From: a virus | Lineage: Duplodnaviria; Caudoviricetes | Length of the DNA stretch: 38,795 nucleotides | Strand: one strand, 5' to 3' | IMG/VR virus record: IMGVR_UViG_3300022930_000008 | Location: 1-38,795 of that record | Shown here: one piece after another, positions 25,296 to 33,995 of the stretch | Layout: every line of letters starts with the position of its first letter | Numbering within the stretch: the first letter of the stretch is position 1 | Translations under genes and position numbers: made by a program | The notes under the pieces: model-generated | The model's input: the letters and a program-made list of their open reading frames with translations, nothing else | The model's database searches: none | Told to the model about the DNA's origin: nothing

Positions 25296-27253
25296 TCTTT
25301 TCTATAATATTTTGAAACATACCCGTCGCCTTCCAGTGGTAAACCGTTGGCCCATAATGGACTAACCGACATTACCTTCTCCATTGCTTCAAGTGTTTCC
25401 TGTGCCTGGTCTTCCGGTGCTTCGGCCACTATCTCATCGTGAATGTGCATTAATATACTGACCGTGTCTTTCATTCGGTACATAGCATCGAAGAGACAAT
25501 CCCTGGCGATTGCCTGCGTTACGTTCTCCGTAAGTAGTCCGCCGTACGCATCCATTTTGACCCATATTTTTTTGACCTGGTCAAGGCCCCAATACCTGAT
25601 TTTGTAACCATCGTCTAAATGCGCCCCGTAATACGCCAGGCGTCGTCCGCTTGGTAACTCTATAAATAAATACCCTCTCTCGAAACTAAGGGTTAACGAG
25701 CAATACGGTTTAATAAGTTTATACTTGCTTTTGTTTTTAATAACATGCCTCGCGGCGCTTTCGAGTTCCTTCCAAAATTTAACGATATTCGGATTTGCGG
25801 CCCTCCACCCCGAAACAATCGTCGGGAGTTCGGCCTCTGTCAGACCTTCACGTAAAGCCCCCATTGTAATCATAGCCCCGGACGCACCCTGGTACCCCAA
25901 AGCTAACGCGGCTACTTTACCTTTAGCACGGTGCGCGCTTCCCTTGGTAACGCTTTCAATAGGCACGTTAAACATTTTGGCCGCCGTGGCTTCGTACAAT
26001 TTACCGTGCGTTTTAAATACGTCTAAGACCCATTCTTCGCCAGCCAACCACGCCAAGACGCGGGCTTCGATAGCGGCAAAATCCGATACGGCCAGCTTCT
26101 TACCTTCGGCAGCTATAAACGCCGTACGTACCATTCGGCTAATAAGGTCCGTAACATCGTCGTAAAGCAATTCGGCCAGGCCTTTTATGATGGCTTCTTT
26201 TATAATCGCCAAGTCTCCGTTTACGGTCTTCTTAAGGTTTTGCGGCTGAGGTCCGCGGCCCGCTTCCCGGCCTGTTCGATTGGCCCCGTAAAACTGGAAC
26301 ATGTCGCGTACACGGTCGTCGTACTCACTGGCATAGTTTAACATCGTGGCATACTTACTACTCGACGAACGCGAGGCCATCGAACGAAGCGCCAAGACTT
26401 CCGCCACGATATCCGGGAGTAACTCGTCGTCAATTGCGTCGGCTAGGTATTCTTTGTTAATGCTTTTAACGGGATAGCCTAAATGTATTTCTAGCCACTT
26501 TTTAAGCTGCACCGGACTATTAGGGTTTTCTAGTTGTGTTAGGGTTTTAATTTTGTCGCGTACTTCGTCCAGTACTTTAGTGTTTACGGCGATGGCCTCT
26601 TCGATAAATTCCCGGTCAATGGTAATGCCCTGCGCGTTTATTTCCAGGTCCATACGCCAGTACGCCCACTCGTGCGCCGGAAGCTGCGGGAACTTCTCTG
26701 TATACTTGTCGATGCATTTTTCCACGCGAACGTCTTGGCGGCCGTACCCCATGAATTCGCGCCACTCCGTTGGCATATCTTCCGGGGTGTTTATTGTTCG
26801 GCCTTCGTTTTTCTTAGTTGGTTTACACGGCATACAAAACAGTTTTATAAGCGCTTTACCTCTCGCGTCTTTTTGTTCTTCCAGGCCAAGGACCTGACCG
26901 ACTTTATCCAGGCCAAGCGGCAAACCAAGGTAAGCGGCGCCAATCATCGTGCAATACCATTGATTTGTTGGTAGTTCGAAATCAAAGTAAGTACTGATAC
27001 ACGTAATTTCAAACGCGGCATTGTGGGCTATCTTAATTACCTTCGGGTCGTCTAGTGCTCGCCAAACTTCGTCCGGTACTGACTGCCCTGGGTATTCGTC
27101 GTGGTACGTGTTTATTGCCCGGGTTGCGCCTTCGTCCCAACTAAACGCGAAAATGATTATTTTGAAACTGGGATGCGATGCATAGCGGTGTACTCCTACT
27201 TCGGATAAATCCAATTCGCAAAAGGTTTCAATATCGATGTGTAAGTGTTTCAT
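25292..27253 (-). CDS. DNA polymerase, family A (phage type, with 3'-5' exonuclease)
   Basis: DIET and AHNAAFE exonuclease motifs, DFAAIEAR motif A, KVAALALGY motif B, HIHDE motif C. Confidence 0.95.
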   Translation of the reverse strand: MKHLHIDIETFCELDLSEVGVHRYASHPSFKIIIFAFSWDEGATRAINTYHDEYPGQSVPDEVWRALDDPKVIKIAHNAAFEITCISTYFDFELPTNQWYCTMIGAAYLGLPLGLDKVGQVLGLEEQKDARGKALIKLFCMPCKPTKKNEGRTINTPEDMPTEWREFMGYGRQDVRVEKCIDKYTEKFPQLPAHEWAYWRMDLEINAQGITIDREFIEEAIAVNTKVLDEVRDKIKTLTQLENPNSPVQLKKWLEIHLGYPVKSINKEYLADAIDDELLPDIVAEVLALRSMASRSSSSKYATMLNYASEYDDRVRDMFQFYGANRTGREAGRGPQPQNLKKTVNGDLAIIKEAIIKGLAELLYDDVTDLISRMVRTAFIAAEGKKLAVSDFAAIEARVLAWLAGEEWVLDVFKTHGKLYEATAAKMFNVPIESVTKGSAHRAKGKVAALALGYQGASGAMITMGALREGLTEAELPTIVSGWRAANPNIVKFWKELESAARHVIKNKSKYKLIKPYCSLTLSFERGYLFIELPSGRRLAYYGAHLDDGYKIRYWGLDQVKKIWVKMDAYGGLLTENVTQAIARDCLFDAMYRMKDTVSILMHIHDEIVAEAPEDQAQETLEAMEKVMSVSPLWANGLPLEGDGYVSKYYRKD

Positions 27254-27447
27254 ATTAAAGTATCTTCGTGGTTATCGTTTCGGGCTATACTCATATCGAT
27301 ATACTCTTCTAAAGTAATTTCCCTTACATCGTCGCGAATTAAATACACGATGTCTATTCGCGTAAAGTTTTTAAATACGCAATCGCTGGCCTCGTGGTAA
27401 TAATACCAATAATCCGCGGCGCTCATAACATCGTTATATTTATGCAA
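27250..27447 (-). CDS. Hypothetical protein
   Basis: 65 aa, overlaps the polymerase start; true start may be the second Met. Confidence 0.55.
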   Translation of the reverse strand: MHKYNDVMSAADYWYYYHEASDCVFKNFTRIDIVYLIRDDVREITLEEYIDMSIARNDNHEDTLI

Positions 27448-27644
27448 GGCTCGGAGTAATCTATTTTCGCGAAGGCTATAGGCTCTTCGTTTAAAAAGAC
27501 CAGGCCAAAGTCGTCGTACTTCTTAAAGTGTCTTAAAGTGACCGCCTTGGGGTCAAACGGGCCCTTTAGTACAGTAACGTCGGTTATAAATTTGTCGCCG
27601 TATTCTTTTACATACTCGCGCCATAATTCGAAAAGTAATTCCAT
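27423..27644 (-). CDS. Hypothetical protein
   Basis: 73 aa following a terminator. Confidence 0.55.
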   Translation of the reverse strand: MELLFELWREYVKEYGDKFITDVTVLKGPFDPKAVTLRHFKKYDDFGLVFLNEEPIAFAKIDYSEPCINITML

Positions 27645-27658
27645 AACTTAAGAGTATT

Positions 27659-27683
27659 AAAAAAGGCGACCCGAAAGCCGCCT
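27659..27683 (-). terminator. Intrinsic terminator after the SSB gene
   Basis: AGGCGGC-TTTCGG-GTCGCCT-TTTTT on the minus strand. Confidence 0.85.
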
Positions 27684-27693
27684 ATTAGGGTTA

Positions 27694-28383
27694 TTATTCT
27701 ACGTAATACCAATTCGTCCCGCCGTCGTCGCTGTATATCGCGTTACCGTCTTGGTCTTCGGCAAACTCGCGGTTGGACTTAGGCTTCGGCCCTGCGGCTT
27801 TTGGCGCGGTTTTCTTCGTTTTCGGTTCGTCCTCTTCTTCGTCGTAATCGTCTGCGTTCGCAGCGAATCCGCCAAGGCGTTCGCCGTCTTTGATCTTCAT
27901 AACCGAGTTAATGTAAAACCCGAATCCTTTGGATTTATTATTGAACGCATAACAAACAATCACGCCGCGGCCAAAACAACCGCTATAAACTTCGTCCAGG
28001 TCGATAATGTCCTGTTTGTCAGAATCGAATACGCCCGGTTGGCTTTTGCTTTTAGCTTTTAAGAAGTACATATCTTCGTACTCGCTTGCTTCGGGGTGCT
28101 CTTCTAACCACTCTTCGCCGTCTCTTAACGGGTTCCAAAGCTTTGGGCTAGTTAGCGGAAGCCCTTTAAATAAACTTTCTTTATTCGCGTCGTATGCCGC
28201 TTTAATTGCCGCTTTGATCTTCGCGACGTCCGGGTGGTCTTTCGGAATTAAAAAAGTAGTGTCGTAGAATTTTTCGCCTTCCACGCCTTTGTCGTCTTTA
28301 AAGACTGCCGGCTCTTTTAAATGTACATAAGTTAATCGGTGTGTACCTAGTACTACCTTTAACGGATTTGATTCTTGTGCCAT
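27694..28383 (-). CDS. Single-stranded DNA-binding protein (DUF2815/gp2.5-like)
   Basis: RLTY..L.EP, PLRDG, VYSGCFG, KIKDGERLGG and acidic tract. Confidence 0.88.
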   Translation of the reverse strand: MAQESNPLKVVLGTHRLTYVHLKEPAVFKDDKGVEGEKFYDTTFLIPKDHPDVAKIKAAIKAAYDANKESLFKGLPLTSPKLWNPLRDGEEWLEEHPEASEYEDMYFLKAKSKSQPGVFDSDKQDIIDLDEVYSGCFGRGVIVCYAFNNKSKGFGFYINSVMKIKDGERLGGFAANADDYDEEEDEPKTKKTAPKAAGPKPKSNREFAEDQDGNAIYSDDGGTNWYYVE

Positions 28384-28397
28384 AATTGAAAAAGTGT

Positions 28398-28760
28398 TTA
28401 ATTTTTATTAATTTGTCTTTTCGACATACAAGCCGGGCAAGTGCAAGCCTCGCCGTTTTCCTTAATAGTTGGGGTCGCATCTTTGCCAAGTTCGTTTTTA
28501 AACTTCTCGTAACCCTCCGCCGCGATTTGTACCGCAGCTTTTAATATTTCATGGTCCGCCATTGCCTCCATAAGAACTAAAACGATGTTTTGAAGTTCGC
28601 CGCATACCGCGACGCCCATTTCGTACTCACCGTCCCCGGAGTAAGAGCGTACTATTGTTAAAACCGTGGATTCTAACTTCTCTTCTTTTCCTTGTACGCC
28701 TATTCTTTCGGCCGCATTTAGTAAAATTTCTAAATCGGGTGATTGTGAATTACTGCTCAT
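28398..28760 (-). CDS. Hypothetical protein with C-terminal CxCxxC
   Basis: ACTCPAC; 120 aa. Confidence 0.6.
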   Translation of the reverse strand: MSSNSQSPDLEILLNAAERIGVQGKEEKLESTVLTIVRSYSGDGEYEMGVAVCGELQNIVLVLMEAMADHEILKAAVQIAAEGYEKFKNELGKDATPTIKENGEACTCPACMSKRQINKN

Positions 28761-29043
28761 TTCCTTTTAGATTTTGAATTTTATTTTTACTTCTCGCTTG
28801 GATTAGTTGCCCGACCCATATACCCAGGTTTATAGTGTCCTGATGCGTGGGTAGCGCCATATCCAGGATATACGTAAAATCTTCGCCGGTTACGTCGCTT
28901 TGCGCGTATGCTTTCCCGCCGTCGCTTTGCGCTGGCTGTCTATCGACAACCCCTATAAAATACTTAACGTTTTCAGCTTCCAGCTTTTTGGCCGCGTCGT
29001 CCATTATTTTTTTTATGCGCTTTTGTTTACTCGTGTCGCTCAT
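28750..29043 (-). CDS. Hypothetical protein
   Basis: 97 aa; overlaps neighbours. Confidence 0.6.
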   Translation of the reverse strand: MSDTSKQKRIKKIMDDAAKKLEAENVKYFIGVVDRQPAQSDGGKAYAQSDVTGEDFTYILDMALPTHQDTINLGIWVGQLIQARSKNKIQNLKGNEQ

Positions 29044-30215
29044 GTTAAATCTTCGTACTCGTCGTCGTACTCGTCGGCTAAGGTTGCGCCTATTGCCTGG
29101 CGTCCGTCGCTCTCGGGTGCAATCTGAGGCGCTCCCGCTTTGTTAATAATTTCGTTTTTAAAAATTTCAGCGAATCGTTTAGGCCCTACTATTTTTTCGA
29201 AAGCCGTTAAACTTTTCATTTTAGTTTCAAACATCGTTTCCGAGTCCATGCCTTCACCTAAAAGAATGTCGATTACGTTGTCTTCGTTTATAAACGCCCG
29301 TTGTCCTCGCCCTTTTACCAGTTTAAAGCCTTTAAGTTTTTTACCTCTTTGTAATTTGCTGGTAATTTCTTCTTTCAGTTTATTGTACCACGGTTGTATT
29401 AGTGGCCCGTAAGTCAGCACTAAGGCTAAATCTTCGTCGGTCATAACTCTTTTGTCCCGAATGTCTAGTAGCGCGCTGAACTTATCAAAATAGGCTTTGC
29501 ACGAATTTCTAGCGCGGCAAAATTGGCAATGGTCGCCCGGGATAAATTCGCCTTCCCCGGCTATTGCTAAATGTGCTTTGTGTGATACTTCTGTTTTCGC
29601 CCATTCGAGTAGATCGATTGCGGATATCTCCCAGGATGAAGAGCCCCCGGCCCTTGGTTGGTAAATACTTAATACTACGGTTTCGGGATTGTGCCCCATT
29701 TCAAGCGCTTTTAAAAGTGCGCCAAGACCGTATAACATAAGTTGCTTATTCTTTTCGGCTTTAACTAAAACACCTATCCCGTATTTAAAATCAGATACGT
29801 ATAAAACCCTAGGGGTTATATTAGTTGCGTCGGCAGTACCGAAACATAAGGGAGCGTATTTACTAATATCGTATCTTTGTTCGATTAATATAGTACCCCC
29901 GAAATCCTTTACAAACTCCGCCCAGCCTTCCGCGTGGTCCAACATTTCGACATATCCGTTATCCTGTTCGACGCTTTCGTAAAATTGTCGCGCTTCGTCT
30001 TCGATGTCTTGCAAGGTGTCTAACCATCTTTGATGATCTTTTTTATAAGTCGCCGACCTTGCCGCTAAAATATGCGCCGCTAAGTCGTGGGCTATAGTTC
30101 CTTCGGCTGCGTACTCGCTGTCTTCATTTGGGATTTGCTCTTCGAACCGCGCCGATGGCGTACAAGTTAACCACCTGTACGCCCCTGACGGACCTAAAAT
30201 AGCGTGTGCGCTCAT
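29040..30215 (-). CDS. Cas4-like PD-(D/E)xK exonuclease (DUF2800)
   Basis: HA.L.PS...RWL.C, EGT.AH, GTAD, DFKYG, QL..Y, C..C.....C cluster. Confidence 0.88.
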   Translation of the reverse strand: MSAHAILGPSGAYRWLTCTPSARFEEQIPNEDSEYAAEGTIAHDLAAHILAARSATYKKDHQRWLDTLQDIEDEARQFYESVEQDNGYVEMLDHAEGWAEFVKDFGGTILIEQRYDISKYAPLCFGTADATNITPRVLYVSDFKYGIGVLVKAEKNKQLMLYGLGALLKALEMGHNPETVVLSIYQPRAGGSSSWEISAIDLLEWAKTEVSHKAHLAIAGEGEFIPGDHCQFCRARNSCKAYFDKFSALLDIRDKRVMTDEDLALVLTYGPLIQPWYNKLKEEITSKLQRGKKLKGFKLVKGRGQRAFINEDNVIDILLGEGMDSETMFETKMKSLTAFEKIVGPKRFAEIFKNEIINKAGAPQIAPESDGRQAIGATLADEYDDEYEDLT

Positions 30216-30742
30216 TAGTCGGCTAAAATGTCCTCCACTGATTCACCCGCGCCGTATCTTACTACGAAATCGTAAAAGCCTTCGTATTGTTCCGGCTCTA
30301 GTTCAGACGCACGGCCAGCATCAAAGAAACCTAGTAAGGCCTTAATGTCGGCAGACTTCCCTTTTTTGGTATGTCTCGTTACATGCGTTTTAATTTCTTC
30401 AAGTTGGGCCTCTTCGTCCAATTCGGTAAAGACTACCGCAGGCGCTTTTGCTGCTGTCTTGGCTGCCGGCGCTGCTTTCGCTGCTGGTGCCGCTGGTGCC
30501 GCTGGTTTTGGTCCTGCTGCTTTCGCTGCTGGTTTGGCTTCGTCGGCTGCTTCCGGTTCGTCCTCGACTTTAGCCATCACCTTAGCGGGTCCGGCTACTT
30601 TAGGCCCTGCGCTTACGACTTTCGCGTCTTTAACTTCAACGTTTGCCGCCCCGCTTAGTGCTCCGGCGATTGCTAATAAAATGATTTTTCCGTTTTGTGA
30701 GTCTAAATTGATACTCACGTTTGCGATGTTTGCAATTTCCAT
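30215..30742 (-). CDS. Replication-module hypothetical protein with Ala/Pro/Lys linker
   Basis: Low-complexity linker and small helical C-domain (IKALL..F.A..ASEL..EQY) as usually found before DUF2800 genes. Confidence 0.7.
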   Translation of the reverse strand: MEIANIANVSINLDSQNGKIILLAIAGALSGAANVEVKDAKVVSAGPKVAGPAKVMAKVEDEPEAADEAKPAAKAAGPKPAAPAAPAAKAAPAAKTAAKAPAVVFTELDEEAQLEEIKTHVTRHTKKGKSADIKALLGFFDAGRASELEPEQYEGFYDFVVRYGAGESVEDILAD

Positions 30743-30771
30743 AATATAAAAAGATTTAAAATTCCGCCGGA

Positions 30772-30978
30772 TTATTCCGGTTTATCGTTATTGCGGGTTA
30801 TCCTTACGAAGTCCCCGTCAATTTTGCTGCTAAATTGTTTACCCGTCGTTTGCTGTAACCTAGTGCGGCAGCTTACAACGTAGTCGTAACGCGCTATCGG
30901 AAAAGCTACCGACGCGCCTATTTCTAATTCGTTAATTTCAGCGCGTACGCTTTTTACTGCCTCTGTTACTGCTTTCAT
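30772..30978 (-). CDS. Small putative DNA-binding protein
   Basis: 68 aa; LEIG.S..FP..Y.....R..L...GK.F......V.ITR pattern of small phage DNA-binding proteins; first gene of the early unit. Confidence 0.55.
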   Translation of the reverse strand: MKAVTEAVKSVRAEINELEIGASVAFPIARYDYVVSCRTRLQQTTGKQFSSKIDGDFVRITRNNDKPE

Positions 30979-30994
30979 TTGTACAGGTTTTTAG

Positions 30995-31046
30995 TGAATG
31001 AATGAATGAACTATGCAAAGATAAAAAAGAAATCCGTATTTGCAAA
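30995..31046 (-). promoter_or_regulatory. Sigma-A type promoter with TTCA-repeat leader (early site 3)
   Basis: TTTG(31046-43)-N19-TATCTTTG(31023-16)-CATAG-TTCATTCATTCATTCA. Confidence 0.82.
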
Positions 31047-31060
31047 TTAAATACGGATTT
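31030..31060 (-). terminator. Perfect 12-bp inverted repeat; probable terminator of the late unit
   Basis: AAATCCGTATTT-N7-AAATACGGATTT followed on the minus strand by CTTTTTT. Confidence 0.7.
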
Positions 31061-31073
31061 TTATTAAATTATT

Positions 31074-32765
31074 TTAAAATTGATTGATAAAGCCGGCGTC
31101 CCGGTAACTTGCGTACGTCATTCCCGCCTCGTTTAAATGGTAAGTATCGTTTAAAGTAAGCGCCGCTTTTTGCGCTTCGTTCAGCCAGTTAATACCGCCG
31201 AGCGTCGCATTATTAAAACAGGGTATTCCATACTTTTGGCAGGCGGCAACAATCGCGTTTATGTACGCCAGTGAATTACCGTTACGCACATACGGTGTCC
31301 ATACTAATATCGTGTCGGTAGGGAATAGCGTTTGCAACCCGTCGAGTACAATATTAAGTGCGCCGTTAAACTCCGCGGGATTTGTACTGGTGGTAGCGCC
31401 CATTGTAACAACCGCCGCCGCATCGTTTGTGCCGATAAAAATACCCTTTAGTTTTGCCGTAGGTGACATATCCATATATCTTTCAACCACGGGCACGCCT
31501 GAGCCTCCTGTACTGGTTAATCGGTTTCCGTTAATCCCGGAATTAATATACGACATAGCCAAACGCTGCGCTACTTTATAAAACCTAGTTTGTGTATTAG
31601 TCAAAGTGTGCCCCGCCACCATACTGTCGCCCATCATTTCGTAAGTAAGTCCGCGAAAACGATTATCTAAAATAGAATCTACCGTAGCTTTCGCCTCGTC
31701 TGCGACTGTCCTGGCTGTCACGTCTTGTATGTTGAGGTCTTTTATTTTTACGATGTCTTGGGTAAATGCGGCGTACGGACCAAGCGAGGTACCGGCGACT
31801 ACTTGTAAAATATCGGTCTGATCGGGAAAGAGCGACGGTATAAAAGATAAAAATATATTCATAACGATGAAGGCGGTATCCGCGGGGATAGTCGCAACGC
31901 GCCCGTTATTAGTCGTGTTAGTGGGTAACGTAGTGTACCCTACATAAGATAACAAAGTCCCCGCGCTATTTTCAAATCTGATCGCACCCCCGTTGTTTAA
32001 ACTCACGTTAGGCAGATTAAAGTTAACTTGTATCGAAGGGCTAACAGGGATACGGGCGTATATGGAGTCGGTAGCCTGGACCCCCGAAGTTGTAAGGCCT
32101 CCCGTATTATTTACAAACGCATTAAATACGCGCATAGTGGCCTTATCAAAAATATTGCTGCCCGTGATCGTAGTTAAGTCGCCTACTTGTATAATGTCGC
32201 CGGGATTGTCCGGCAAATTTTCTAACTTCTGATTGATGCCCGCCGGTACCGCGTCTATACTTATTTGATAGTTTACCGAGGCGGCAGTCGTGGCCGCATC
32301 AAAAGCGGCTTTTGTGAATGTATAAGACCCGGTTATCGCGGAAGAATAGTATCTAACTGCACTTGTCGTATAACTAAGCGGGCCGTTGATACCGAATAAA
32401 TCCCCAGCTAATACCGGTATATTTATGGCGAAAGTGTTAAGCCCGGTTAATGCCGAAAATACTTGCCTGTATACCTCAACGTAATTAACCCCCGATAGTC
32501 GCAATTGAATAAGGGTAACATTGCCCGCATTTTGCGCGTCGAAAGTAATAGACGACGCCTTAGAATTAGCCGGGATATCAAACGTTTTTTGAGTATAGAC
32601 TAAAGTTGTCGCCGAAGCTGTCGCCGAATCTACCGGAGTAACACCGAATTTAAAAGCAGGCGTCGCGGTTTGATGTATAGCGTTATAACTCTGCGCATCG
32701 TTATCGTAAATAATTTGGGCGGCTGCCGCCCCGCTGGTGTTTTCTGCGATTTTTGTAATTGCCAT
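31074..32765 (-). CDS. Virion-associated protein with C-terminal SGNH/GDSL esterase (tail spike/receptor-binding candidate)
   Basis: GDSM, GING, GTND and DTYHL blocks; beta-rich N-terminal modules; last gene of the structural unit. Confidence 0.8.
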   Translation of the reverse strand: MAITKIAENTSGAAAAQIIYDNDAQSYNAIHQTATPAFKFGVTPVDSATASATTLVYTQKTFDIPANSKASSITFDAQNAGNVTLIQLRLSGVNYVEVYRQVFSALTGLNTFAINIPVLAGDLFGINGPLSYTTSAVRYYSSAITGSYTFTKAAFDAATTAASVNYQISIDAVPAGINQKLENLPDNPGDIIQVGDLTTITGSNIFDKATMRVFNAFVNNTGGLTTSGVQATDSIYARIPVSPSIQVNFNLPNVSLNNGGAIRFENSAGTLLSYVGYTTLPTNTTNNGRVATIPADTAFIVMNIFLSFIPSLFPDQTDILQVVAGTSLGPYAAFTQDIVKIKDLNIQDVTARTVADEAKATVDSILDNRFRGLTYEMMGDSMVAGHTLTNTQTRFYKVAQRLAMSYINSGINGNRLTSTGGSGVPVVERYMDMSPTAKLKGIFIGTNDAAAVVTMGATTSTNPAEFNGALNIVLDGLQTLFPTDTILVWTPYVRNGNSLAYINAIVAACQKYGIPCFNNATLGGINWLNEAQKAALTLNDTYHLNEAGMTYASYRDAGFINQF

Positions 32766-32782
32766 GATCTAAGCATTTAAAA

Positions 32783-33355
32783 TTAATATATCCATAATCC
32801 CGTATTTTGCCATATACCTAAGTTTTTCCATAATCCCGTCGCTAGTATCCACTCTTTAACATCTACGTTTAGAATATAAATAGTTGCGGTTTGGTTGGTA
32901 GTTAAGTTTCTAAAAATGTAATAGCCGTCGCCCTGTGTTGTTGTACGGGTAACGGTTACGACCGTATCGCCTCGAGGCCCATTGTTTTGGGAGAAGGTTA
33001 CAAAACCAGTAGGGCCGCTAATAAGGGCCCAGGGGTGAGTCGAATTTATAGTAAATGTCGCAGAAGGGGCGGATATTTCTACGAGTAAACTCGTTGGTAC
33101 TATTGAGATGGCGCCGACCGGGCACGTTTTTAAATCGTACGTTGAGGTAGGTTCGCCGTCTATTTCTGCGCTTTTGGCGAAATAAAATTGCACTTCATAA
33201 AGTGCGGTGTTTGGATTTGTTTTACCAACTAACAGCGCTATAGCTTGTTTCTTACCACTAATACTGGTAAGTTCGCCGTTAACGTCTAACGGTAAGCCGG
33301 TATCTTTTTCAACGCGGTACGCGATAGTAGCCTGTTTAATTCCGTTGTTTGCCAT
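32783..33355 (-). CDS. Structural protein with BACON/Ig-like domain
   Basis: ISIVPTSL..ATFTINSTHPW...FSQNNG.G.T.VTVT pattern; Trp repeats at the C-terminus. Confidence 0.6.
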   Translation of the reverse strand: MANNGIKQATIAYRVEKDTGLPLDVNGELTSISGKKQAIALLVGKTNPNTALYEVQFYFAKSAEIDGEPTSTYDLKTCPVGAISIVPTSLLVEISAPSATFTINSTHPWALISGPTGFVTFSQNNGPRGDTVVTVTRTTTQGDGYYIFRNLTTNQTATIYILNVDVKEWILATGLWKNLGIWQNTGLWIY

Positions 33356-33359
33356 TGTC

Positions 33360-33902
33360 TTAAGTTATTTCGCAGTATGCACCGTTATTAAAATCGATAT
33401 CAAATTCAGAAGGACGGACAAAGTTAGTTACGGCGGTACCGATTACTTCGAAAAGCGGATATATAGATGCGCCCTGTATTGTAACTAAACTACCTATAGC
33501 TTCCGCAGTCTGACCGGTATAAGTAACTATTGCGCCGGCTTCATATCCAAAAATAAAGTACTTACCGGCGTTTGTTTTAAATAAAACTAATTGCCTTCTT
33601 TTAGTAGCTAAATGAAGGTTTGATATAGTTTGCGCGCTAAGTTCATTTACAAAGGTTTCTAACCCGTGAGCATACACGCCGTTGTTTACCGGGCCCGTAT
33701 ATTTAGCCACCAAGTCGGGGGCTTCTATTTGGGTAAAATCATTAGTTCGGACGATGCCCGTAACTAAACAACTGTCGTACAGATTATCCCCGTCGAACTC
33801 GAACGCGATAAAGTCTTCGAAGTCTAAAAGCTTTATTTCGCTGATACCTTCGACCGTATACCCGCAAGCGGGGATTATATTTTGAAGTCTACATTTTGCC
33901 AT
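33360..33902 (-). CDS. Tail tube-like protein, paralog 2
   Basis: MAKCRL..CGY.VEGI, Y.H..E, GYEAG; colinear with 33996..34568. Confidence 0.55.
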   Translation of the reverse strand: MAKCRLQNIIPACGYTVEGISEIKLLDFEDFIAFEFDGDNLYDSCLVTGIVRTNDFTQIEAPDLVAKYTGPVNNGVYAHGLETFVNELSAQTISNLHLATKRRQLVLFKTNAGKYFIFGYEAGAIVTYTGQTAEAIGSLVTIQGASIYPLFEVIGTAVTNFVRPSEFDIDFNNGAYCEIT

Positions 33903-33906
33903 AACT

Positions 33907-33914
33907 TAAAGATA
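33907..33914 (-). promoter_or_regulatory. Putative late promoter TATCTTTA, 4 nt before the ATG
   Basis: TATCTTTA-AGTT-ATG directly after a terminator. Confidence 0.65.
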
Positions 33915-33947
33915 AAAAAAGGCCGTAACATCAATTACGGCCTTTTT
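33914..33947 (-). terminator. Intrinsic terminator
   Basis: AAAAAGGCCGTAA-N6-TTACGGCCTTTTT. Confidence 0.88.
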
Positions 33948-33995
33948 GTAGTTTTGAAGATGTTTCCCTCCCTTCTTTTTAAAGTGTTTAACTTT

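Noticed and set aside
27645-27656. TACTCTTA-AGTT-ATG as a fifth leaderless promoter
   Set aside because: Same spacing but several mismatches, and it precedes replication genes; too weak to count, though worth checking in start-site data.
29040-30215. Cas4-like nuclease as evidence of CRISPR-Cas
   Set aside because: No array or other cas genes; DUF2800 is a standard part of this replication module.
30440-30610. GCT/GGT-rich tandem repeats
   Set aside because: Explained by an Ala/Pro/Lys low-complexity protein linker.
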